This document shows positions 56,358 to 64,000 of a DNA stretch of 64,000 nucleotides, one piece after another. Source of the DNA: an uncultured Desulfatitalea sp. (GTDB taxonomy: Bacteria > Desulfobacterota > Desulfobacteria > Desulfobacterales > Desulfosarcinaceae). The DNA is taken from the NCBI GenBank assembly GCA_963668675.2, contig CAXXMB010000002.1:1760001-1824000 (forward strand), given 5' to 3'. Both the position numbers and the translations under genes were made by a program. The notes under the pieces were generated by a model that did not search any database, was not told where the DNA came from, and saw only the letters and a list, made by a program, of their open reading frames with translations. Position 1 is the stretch's first letter, and each line of letters opens with the position of its first letter.

Positions 56358-56900
56358 ATGGAACATACGAACAGAGAACCCATCCCTTATTGGCATTGGA
56401 TCCCGGCCGCGTTTGCTCTGGCGGGCATCATCGTCTTTATTTTTGCCACCTTTGGGCCACCGGCCTCTTCCAGCGGATTCGTCAGCGCCCTCAAAGGCTT
56501 TTTCGAATGGGTGGCGCCGGGTTACGCGGCCTCCAAGGTCCACTACAAGGCCATTCCAGGACCCGGCTCGTGGCTTTTCGCCTTTGTATTGGGCATGGCC
56601 ATCGGCGGCTTTATCGCCGGACGGACATCCAAAAAAATTCCGGTGCGCAATATGCCGCCCATCTGGAGGAAGCGCTTTGGCGACAGCCGGGCCAAACGAT
56701 ATGCGGCCACCTTTTTCGGCGGATTCCTGATCCTTTTCGGATCGCGGCTGGCCGGCGGCTGCACCCTGGGGCTTTTCATCTCCGGGTCGACGCAACTGGC
56801 CATCAGCGGCCTCTATTTCGGAGTCGTCATTTTTGCAGTGGCCATGCTCACCGCCCGGCTGATCTTCGGCAAAATAGCGCAAGAGGAGGATATCCAATGA
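56358..56900 (+). CDS. YeeE/YedE-family sulfur-compound transporter subunit
   Basis: FFGGFL.LFGSRLAGGCTLG motif. Confidence 0.88.
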   Translation: MEHTNREPIPYWHWIPAAFALAGIIVFIFATFGPPASSSGFVSALKGFFEWVAPGYAASKVHYKAIPGPGSWLFAFVLGMAIGGFIAGRTSKKIPVRNMPPIWRKRFGDSRAKRYAATFFGGFLILFGSRLAGGCTLGLFISGSTQLAISGLYFGVVIFAVAMLTARLIFGKIAQEEDIQ

Positions 56901-57523
56901 CACAAATTTGGCTGGGACTCTTTTCGGGCATCGCCTTCGGATTCGTCATCCAGCGCATCGGCGCCACCGACGCCCATCGGATGGCCCGGTCGCACCTGAT
57001 GCTGGACGCGGCCATCCCCCGGTTCATGGTTCTGGCGGTGGCCTTGTCCGCCGTGGGACTCTTAGGGCTCCAGGCAGTTGGCGTGGGGCGTACCCTGCCC
57101 CTGCCCACCAGCATCGTGGCCACGGGGCTGGCCGCGGTAATCTTCGGCATCGGGTGGGGGCTGACCGGGTACTGCCCAGGCACAACCTGGGCGGCCGCCG
57201 GCGAGGGGCGCATGGATGCGGTCTTCGCTCTGCTAGGCGGGCTGGCTGGTACGGCCCTTTTCGCCCAGTTGCACGAGACGCTGATCCCCATTTTATACGA
57301 CCCCACCAACATAGGTCAGATCACCCTGACGGATTTGTTGGGCAATCATGCCACAGCCGTCGCGGTTCTGGCTGCCGGTTTCGGCTTATGTGTCTGGGGC
57401 ATCGGAAAACTGTGGGGATCGGACAAACGGGTCGTTGCCTTCGAAGTGGAACCCGATTCGGAAACATCACCGGGCAACACTGAAAAACGACTGCGTAAAG
57501 GAGGTATCATGCAAGCCCATTAG
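56897..57523 (+). CDS. YeeE/YedE-family sulfur-compound transporter subunit
   Basis: GIAFGFVIQR, IFGIGWGLTGYCPGT motif. Confidence 0.88.
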   Translation: MTQIWLGLFSGIAFGFVIQRIGATDAHRMARSHLMLDAAIPRFMVLAVALSAVGLLGLQAVGVGRTLPLPTSIVATGLAAVIFGIGWGLTGYCPGTTWAAAGEGRMDAVFALLGGLAGTALFAQLHETLIPILYDPTNIGQITLTDLLGNHATAVAVLAAGFGLCVWGIGKLWGSDKRVVAFEVEPDSETSPGNTEKRLRKGGIMQAH

Positions 57524-57622
57524 CCGGGATCACGAAGTGTTTATTTTAGACCACTTTGGACGGCGTATGCAGAAGAAGAATAATCATGAAGGGAAGAAAA
57601 ACACATCAAAGGAAGCAGAAAA

Positions 57623-58001
57623 ATGGCCAAAAAACTGGAAGTTTACAAGTGCAACGTTTGCGGAAATATAGTCGAAGTATTGCATGGCGGCGAAGGTGAA
57701 CTGGTCTGTTGCGGCCTAGCCGATGAAAAATCAAACTGAAAATACAGTGGATGCCGCCAAGGAAAAACATGTGCCGATCATTGAGAAGATTTCCGGCGGG
57801 GTCAAGGTCAAGATTGGAAGTGTCGCGCATCCCATGGAAGAAAAACACGCTATTGAATGGATAGAGATTATTGCCGACGGCAAGGCATATCGGCAGTTTT
57901 TAAAGCCGGGGGGTAAACCGGAAGCGACCTTCCAGATTAAGGCTGAAAAGATTCGGGCAAGAGAGTACTGCAATCTTCATGGCCTTTGGAGTGGACAATA
58001 G
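57623..58001 (+). pseudogene. dfx: Desulfoferrodoxin (superoxide reductase) with a +1 frameshift
   Basis: [24 protein letters not shown], then an extra base at about 57717 (GGC CTAG CCG ATG), then EKHVP, HPME.KH.IEW and YCNLHGLW in the next frame. Confidence 0.88.
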
Positions 58002-58011
58002 ATTCGTCGCA

Positions 58012-58395
58012 GGCAAGGTTATCGGCAAACAGCGTCGCACGGCCCAGGCCATGAGGACACTCATCGCAGCCGTCTCATCAAAAATCAGAAAACGTGCGGT
58101 CCTTGGAACCGCTGAGTGAAGAACAATCAAACAGACGTCGCCAACTCTGAAAACATGGGGTATCAATCACACATGCGGGGAGAAATATTTCAAGAGGCAC
58201 CCGCGCCAGGCAGATATCTGCCGCCGGGAGCATCAAATAACAACATATTAAACCGGCAATTAAATACGCCAACCTTTGTCATCCCGGACTTGATCCGGGA
58301 TCCAGAAACGGTCTGGATTCCGGTTTCCGCCGGAATGACGCTTGCTATGGTTATTAATTGCCGGGTTAATAACTAGAGAGGAAGGGAAAGAACAT
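58012..58395 (+). pseudogene. Diverged copy of the khpA 3' half and downstream region (43110-43370), interrupted by a MITE
   Basis: GGCAAGGTTATCGGCAAACAG...TCACACATGCGGGGAGA...; match resumes at ACTAGAG after the element. Confidence 0.88.
58248..58369. mobile_element. 122-bp MITE, copy 2, with TA target duplication
   Basis: TIRs TTAAACCGGCAATTAA / TTAATTGCCGGGTTAA flanked by TA on both sides; empty site AACG-TA-ACTAGAG near 43345. Confidence 0.88.
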
Positions 58396-58486
58396 AATAA
58401 GAAAAGAGATGATAAGGACTTAAGGCAATGAGTGCAAAAGAGATTAAGTATGGGCTTTGCCTCAATCATTTAAGGAGACAAACGAA

Positions 58487-58801
58487 ATGGGAATAAGAAA
58501 AGCTTACTTAATATCGACAATAGTTTTGCCTTCATTCTTTCTTGCTTGTACACAATATCCTATCGGCCGCATGGGCAACTGGGATCATATGATAGGATAC
58601 GCTACGGGTGGAGGATTTATGTGGTTAATCATCGTTCTTATCGTCGGTGTGGCTATCTATCTCACGCTCCAGGCCTCAAAATCAAAAGACCCCAAGAGTT
58701 CGATCATTGATTCGCAATTAGATATTTTGAAGAAGCGTTACGCCAAGGGTGAAATCGACACGGAAGAATTCGACCGCAAGAAGAAGGACCTGGAATCATA
58801 A
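58487..58801 (+). CDS. SHOCT-domain membrane protein
   Basis: GGGFMWLII TM segment; LDILKKRYAKGEI..EEF...KKDL. Confidence 0.85.
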   Translation: MGIRKAYLISTIVLPSFFLACTQYPIGRMGNWDHMIGYATGGGFMWLIIVLIVGVAIYLTLQASKSKDPKSSIIDSQLDILKKRYAKGEIDTEEFDRKKKDLES

Positions 58802-58849
58802 CCCGATAAAGGCAACCCTTCAGACCACGACAATCAGAGGCCGGAAATA

Positions 58850-58996
58850 GGTCATATATGACCAGCGGTTAAATATAACCCCATTTTACCGCCAACAATG
58901 GTAATCCGATAGAGACTATAGAAACCAACTAAGTATTAAATAACAGAAAGATAGATGGCTTCAGGTTGAATATTGGGAGGTTGGCACAAAGATTGA
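58850..58996 (+). promoter_or_regulatory. Cassette 7, upstream of the IS-split periplasmic protein gene
   Basis: GGTCATATATGACC-AGC-GGTTAAATATAACC at 58850; TGGCAC-AAAGA-TTGA at 58982 (132 bp). Confidence 0.78.
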
Positions 58997-59288
58997 AATG
59001 ACATAGATCAGGGCGTCTCGGCGCAACTACTCCCGCAGGACGCATCGCTGCCGCCATTCTTTCGATGGCTTAAGCAGGATTGATTGAATCCATTACGCTA
59101 ACGCTAATGGTTATCAGGGAGATCAGGAAATGAGAACTAAACGTATCCACCTAATTTCGATACTTCTGGCAATGGTGTTTCCTTTCTTGTTGGCTACTTA
59201 CAGCTATGGGAGGGATATGGGCAGTGGCGGTTACAGAGATGGATATGGCTCCTACGAAACGATGGGCCAGGATCCTGATGAATTAATA

Positions 59289-61039
59289 CCTGGATTTTGC
59301 ACATGAACTTGAATAGAAAGTAGAAACCATCCGGGAACCATTGCTATAGTGGGGGTTACGACACCAACCCATAACAGCAAGGAGGTACCCAGATGGTAAA
59401 ATCCAACAAATCAAAAAAGCGTAAAAACCGCAAGAACAAAGGGTTCAACGCAAACGCCGCCAGGACCAGAAAAATCAACGCTTCAACGCCGTATGAAACA
59501 TGCAGCGAGCAGCTAAGCCCATTTGGCGGGCTATTAGCGATGATCAAGTTTTTCGATTTGATCGATTTTGAGAAAATATTCAACGCCACCTATCGTGCGC
59601 CTGCCCGGCAACCCAAGCTGGGCCACTATCCGATGGTGGCAGGGCTTTTGATGCTACTGCTTATAGGGTTTAACCGAATCTGGCATTTTACCTACATTCG
59701 ACTCGATGCAATGCTGTGCGGGTTTTTCAGGCTGACAAAGCTGCCGGTGGCCAGCACTTTCTGGCGTTACCTCGATAGCTGCGGCATCAATCAGGCCCAA
59801 TCCCTTTTAAAGCTGATGAGTATCTTGCGTGAAAGGGTGTGGCAACAGCTCGGGATAAATCATAGCCGGATCTGTATCGATATCGACACCACCGTGGAGA
59901 CGATCTACGGCAATCAGCAAGGCGGCCGGAAAGGTCACAACACCAAAAACCGGGGCAAGAAGGGATACCGACCGGTGCTTTGTTTCATTGAGCAGACCAG
60001 AGAATGTCTTATCGGCAAACTACGAAAAGGTGAAACGCTCAGCGGCAAACAAACGGCCGCTTTTATCGTGCAAACCAAATCCTATCTGCCCGGCTGCGTC
60101 CAAAAGGTTTTATTGCGTGCTGATGGAGAGTTCAACAGTGGGGAGTCTGTCCGGGCTGCCAAAAGCTGCGGATATGACTTTATCATTGCCAACAGGGGAT
60201 GCGACCCGCCCTTTGATCCGGTCTTTTGGTATCGGCCCTTGAAACGCAAAAACATTGAGTATAACAGCTGCGTATATCAGCCCACCGGTTGGGGTGCCCC
60301 GTGCCGTTTTGTAGCCATGCGTATGCCTAAGACCCAGACGGGTTCAAACCAGCAGGTGCAGTGTGTACTCTTTGAGGATGATAACTATACATACCGCATC
60401 TTTTGCACGAGTCTTTCAGGCCCGGCCCACAAAGTGGTCGGTCGGTACGATAAACGAGCGGATGTTGAAAACTTGGTGGGTGAGGCCAAGCGTGAAGGGC
60501 TCGAGGCCATACCATCGGCAAAGTTCAAAAACAACTATGCGTTTTTTCAACTGGTGATGCTCTCTTATAATATTTGGCGCTACATTAAGCTGTTGGCTGC
60601 CATGAGCCAAGCCAAAGAAAAGATGCCGTATTTAAAAGCAGTAGCATCCAATACAATCCGTATTGCCCGGCTGAAGTTGCTTTTTATTGCTGCCAAAGTT
60701 GTCAAAGATCAAAACCGAGATAAGGTGAAATACTCTATACACGACGCAAGGGCACCTGCGATGATCCACTTTCTTAACTTTTTGGATCAAGCGAGATTGA
60801 AACCGAAGCCGTGGCTGCATGCCGCATCTTGATGTGTTTACTTTTTCTTGTGTTGTGATGCAAAATATTTCTTGCACAAAAATTACCTTTAAAGATGGGC
60901 GGATAAGTGAATCATCGGTTTACTGCGCGCCACCAGTTAAGGAAAAAAGCAGATGCGATAAGGTAGAAGAAAAATCTTCAGTATTTTGAAAAAATTGGTT
61001 GCTATGACCATTTATGGCTAAATGCGTGCAAAATTCAGG
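59289..61039 (+). mobile_element. IS1380-family insertion sequence
   Basis: IRs CCTGGATTTTGCAC / GTGCAAAATTCAGG; 5-bp target duplication TAATA at 59284-59288 and 61040-61044. Confidence 0.92.
59393..60832 (+). CDS. IS1380-family transposase
   Basis: LSPFGGL, IDIDTTV..YG.QQG, GYRP.LCF, LRADGEF, Y.KRA.VEN...EAK. Confidence 0.92.
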   Translation: MVKSNKSKKRKNRKNKGFNANAARTRKINASTPYETCSEQLSPFGGLLAMIKFFDLIDFEKIFNATYRAPARQPKLGHYPMVAGLLMLLLIGFNRIWHFTYIRLDAMLCGFFRLTKLPVASTFWRYLDSCGINQAQSLLKLMSILRERVWQQLGINHSRICIDIDTTVETIYGNQQGGRKGHNTKNRGKKGYRPVLCFIEQTRECLIGKLRKGETLSGKQTAAFIVQTKSYLPGCVQKVLLRADGEFNSGESVRAAKSCGYDFIIANRGCDPPFDPVFWYRPLKRKNIEYNSCVYQPTGWGAPCRFVAMRMPKTQTGSNQQVQCVLFEDDNYTYRIFCTSLSGPAHKVVGRYDKRADVENLVGEAKREGLEAIPSAKFKNNYAFFQLVMLSYNIWRYIKLLAAMSQAKEKMPYLKAVASNTIRIARLKLLFIAAKVVKDQNRDKVKYSIHDARAPAMIHFLNFLDQARLKPKPWLHAAS

Positions 61040-61594
61040 TAATAAAATACGGCCAGGATATGATGAGATACGGCTTTCATGAAGTGGGGATGCCAGGCGG
61101 ATCGAGCAAGTACCCGGGGTATAGGAGGGATTTAAGCGATGAGACCATCAAGAAACTAAACACCGAACAGGAATCCTTTATCCGGGCGACTGAAGATCTA
61201 AGACAGACCATATACGAGAAAGAGCTTTATCTGAAGGCCGAACTCGTCAAGAGAGATCCCGACACTGCTGTGGCCCTTGGTTTTCAGAAGATCATTTCTG
61301 AGACTAGGGGAAAATTCGAGCAAAAAATGATTGTGCATTTGATACGTATGAAAAAGATCAATCTGGCGGCCGATAAGAAATAGGACTGCCTAAATCACTT
61401 TGTGACCATCCCTGCTGTCTTCAACGGCGCAGCTATTGATATACAGATGTCCCTCAATCTTCTTTCTACTTGACGCTTTATGGCGTAGCAAAAATCCGGA
61501 TGAACGGCTCTCTTAGAATGATAGGGACGCCATCACAAAAACAGAAAAGCCCTGACAGACCATTTTCTCTTCGTAGGCCTGAAAGGAGGCAAAT

Positions 61595-61885
61595 ATGTAT
61601 ATTTCACTCATCACCACTTTTTTACTTTTCCTGGTAATCGTCATTGCAGCCATACAAAATAGCATGCTTTTGGATCTGAAATTTTTGACATTGGAATTTC
61701 AAATGTCTTTGGCGGCCTTGGTTGTATATTCATCTTTGATCGGCGGGATGATTGTATCGATTCTGACATTGCCAAAATTAATTAGAAAATCCCATCGTGT
61801 AAGAAAGGGCAATAAGGAGATCCATGCATTGCAGGAAAAAATAGTCGTAATGGGAAAGGAACATACCGTTAAGCCGTCGACATAA
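61595..61885 (+). CDS. LapA/DUF1049-family membrane protein
   Basis: AAIQN....LKFL..EF.MSL..L......GG; RBS AGGAGG. Confidence 0.78.
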   Translation: MYISLITTFLLFLVIVIAAIQNSMLLDLKFLTLEFQMSLAALVVYSSLIGGMIVSILTLPKLIRKSHRVRKGNKEIHALQEKIVVMGKEHTVKPST

Positions 61886-62005
61886 AGGACTTTCTTTAAA
61901 GGCATGAACGATTATCCGGACAGCTCCTGGTGATTCGAAAGAAACTCTATGAGACGGTGAATAGCTGCTCATTGGAAACATTTACCGAAATGAAAAGAGG
62001 CCAAA

Positions 62006-62131
62006 ATGGGAGACAAGGGGAAAAAGGATAAGGGAAAACGTGAAGAACAGAAAAAAGGCATGCATACAATCAAGGAAAAACGGAAGCAAAAAAAAGACAA
62101 AAACGGTTCCATTTGGTCAACCGAAAAATAA
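62006..62131 (+). CDS. 41-aa Lys-rich small protein
   Basis: MGDKGKKDKGKREEQKKGMHTIKEKRKQKKDKNGSIWSTEK; GAGG RBS; ends 24 bp before the glycosyltransferase. Confidence 0.55.
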   Translation: MGDKGKKDKGKREEQKKGMHTIKEKRKQKKDKNGSIWSTEK

Positions 62132-62155
62132 GCGACATTCAAAAAGGCAGCGATT

Positions 62156-64000
62156 ATGACATCTGTTATCAAATATTACGACGGCATCGAATCGGTGGCC
62201 GTTATCGGCAACTATCTGCCCCGCCAGTGCGGTATCGCTACGTTCACCACGGATCTGGTTGAAGGCTTGTCGGCCGAAGCCCCTGACATTTTCTGCTGGG
62301 CGGCTGCCATGAACGACAAACCTGAGGGATATCCATATCCGGACAAAGTGCGCTTCGAAATCAACCAAAACAAGTTGACCGATTACAGTGTTGCATCTCA
62401 ATTTCTCAATATCAATCACACAGACATTGTCTGCGTTCAGCATGAATATGGCCTTTTCGGCGGTCCGGCCGGCAGCCATCTGCTGAAACTGTTAGGTGAC
62501 CTGCGCATGCCGGTGGTGACGACGCTGCATACGATTCTGAAAGATCCTGCTCCCGAATATCGGGAGGTGATGTGCAAATTGTCCGATCTTTCCGACAAAC
62601 TGGTGGTAATGAGCCATAAAGCCTCTGACATGCTCAAAGATATCTATGCAATACCCGAGGAGAAAATCGTCTTTATCCATCATGGCATCCCGGACACGCC
62701 GTTTATCGATTCAAGTTTTTACAAAGACAAGTTCGGTGTGGAAGGTAAAAAGGTGCTGCTTACCTTCGGCTTGCTCTCTTCAAACAAGGGCATCGAAAAT
62801 GTTCTTCAGGCGCTTCCGACAGTCATTAAAAATCACCCTGACGTGGTCTATATTATTTTAGGTGCGACCCACCCGCATATCCTCAAGTCGCAAGGGGATG
62901 CCTACCGAATCATGCTGCAGCAGCTTGTGCGCAAACTCGGAATCAGCGAACATGTCATTTTTCAAAACCGTTTTGTGGGATTAAGAGAGCTATGCGAGTA
63001 TCTTGGCACCGCCGATATCTATATCACCCCTTATCTTGATGAAGCCCAGATTACCTCCGGCACCCTTGCCTATGCCATGGGTACAGGCAAAGCCATCATT
63101 TCAACGCCTTACTGGTATGCCACCGAGATGCTTGACGAAGGCAGGGGACGAATTGTGCCTTTTCGCAATTCGGATGCCATCGCGGAACAAATTGTCGATC
63201 TTCTGGACAACGATGTCGACCGGCATGCAATGCGCAAAAAAGCCTATACCTTCAGTCGGGAAGCGATTTGGAAGGAGGTGTCCCGAAAATACCTACAGGT
63301 TTTCAGTCAAGTGCGGCAAAACCGCACCCGGCATCCCCGCCCCCGGCACTCCTATGTTGAAAACATCAAGGCCATCACCAGTTTCGAGCTTCCGGAGATC
63401 AAGCTCGATCACCTGAAAGCCTTTACCGATGATACGGGTATGTTGCAGCACGCCAACTATACCATCCCCGATCGAACCCATGGCTACTGCACCGATGACA
63501 ATGCCAGAGCGCTGCTGGTTGCCGCCATGGGACAAAAATTCCTCCCGACAAACGGCTTTGGGCTCGACGTTTTAAGCGGTCATTATCTCGGATTTCTTCT
63601 GTATGCCTATAATGAAAAAAAAGGGCGCTTTCGCAATTTCCTGACCTATTCGCGGCAATGGACGGAGGAGATAGGGTCCGAGGATGCTCACGGAAGAGCG
63701 CTCTGGTGTCTCGGCAAAGCAGTCTCTTTTCTTAGCGATCCCGGCCATCTCGCCATGAGCACCACCCTTTTCAAAAAAGCATTGAGCGTGGTCGAAAATT
63801 TTCGTTCGCCGCGTGCCATCGCTTTTTGTCTGGTGGGCATTCATGCTTACCTGGATAAATTCTCAGGCGACAGTGATGTGCGCAGAATAGGGGAAAGTCT
63901 CGCTGACAGACTTTTCAATCAGTTTAAAAATAACGCAACAGACGAATGGCCCTGGCTTGAAAACAATCTGAACTATGCCAACGGCAAACTGCCTCAGGCG
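62156..64000 (+). CDS. GT4 glycosyltransferase with C-terminal glycosidase-like domain; runs off the window
   Basis: GNYLPRQCGIATFT, QHEYGLFGG, TFGLLS.NKGIE, QITSGTLAYA, STPYWYA, TDDTGMLQHA, GYCTDDNARAL; frame appears open to the end. Confidence 0.92.
   Translation, partial: MTSVIKYYDGIESVAVIGNYLPRQCGIATFTTDLVEGLSAEAPDIFCWAAAMNDKPEGYPYPDKVRFEINQNKLTDYSVASQFLNINHTDIVCVQHEYGLFGGPAGSHLLKLLGDLRMPVVTTLHTILKDPAPEYREVMCKLSDLSDKLVVMSHKASDMLKDIYAIPEEKIVFIHHGIPDTPFIDSSFYKDKFGVEGKKVLLTFGLLSSNKGIENVLQALPTVIKNHPDVVYIILGATHPHILKSQGDAYRIMLQQLVRKLGISEHVIFQNRFVGLRELCEYLGTADIYITPYLDEAQITSGTLAYAMGTGKAIISTPYWYATEMLDEGRGRIVPFRNSDAIAEQIVDLLDNDVDRHAMRKKAYTFSREAIWKEVSRKYLQVFSQVRQNRTRHPRPRHSYVENIKAITSFELPEIKLDHLKAFTDDTGMLQHANYTIPDRTHGYCTDDNARALLVAAMGQKFLPTNGFGLDVLSGHYLGFLLYAYNEKKGRFRNFLTYSRQWTEEIGSEDAHGRALWCLGKAVSFLSDPGHLAMSTTLFKKALSVVENFRSPRAIAFCLVGIHAYLDKFSGDSDVRRIGESLADRLFNQFKNNATDEWPWLENNLNYANGKLPQA

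Larger units (their letters stand above)
59130..61383 (+). pseudogene. Exported ZraP/Spy/CpxP-like protein split by IS1380 (59130-59288 plus 61045-61383)
   Basis: Removing the IS and one TAATA restores a 165-aa ORF (...DPDELI|KYGQDMMRYG...) with signal peptide, Gly/Met/Tyr-rich segment and T..LRQ.IY.KEL.LKAEL....PD helix. Confidence 0.75.

Noticed and set aside
57716..57722. TAG in dfx as pyrrolysine/recoding or a programmed frameshift
   Set aside because: The TAG is not in the upstream frame and there is no slippery sequence; a one-base insertion explains it.

Overview
64 kb of a probable Desulfobacterota (sulfate-reducer-like) chromosome; the taxon is inferred from desulfoferrodoxin and the gene types. 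Almost everything is encoded on the + strand. The window looks like a large accessory stress and carbon-metabolism island. Intact genes include the 3' part of a cyclic beta-1,2-glucan synthase, a complete Na+-type N-ATPase operon and glycolytic genes (gpmA, pyk, class I aldolase, a PfkB kinase) around an archaeal-type GAPOR-like oxidoreductase. Also present are general-stress small proteins (CsbD, BON, USP, lmo0937-like), Kup, a CheB/CheR-PAS fusion with a PAS-LuxR partner, HflKC, a Pat-type acetyltransferase, a rhodanese/YeeE module and a GT4 glycosyltransferase. Mobile elements are an IS1595 (plus a remnant), an IS1380 and two 122-bp MITEs. Two patterns not shown by the ORF track stand out. 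(1) Seven copies of a roughly 146-bp cassette: a tandem GGTCA-N4-TGACC palindrome, an IHF-like tract, and a sigma54-type promoter, mostly with a TTGA -12 box, at a fixed 130-132 bp spacing. These head most operons and suggest an undescribed sigma54 stress regulon whose activator lies outside the window. (2) The intergenic spaces are packed with co-oriented 50-250 bp scraps of about 20 genes, several copied from genes elsewhere in the window. All family calls come from motif recognition by eye; no database searches were run.
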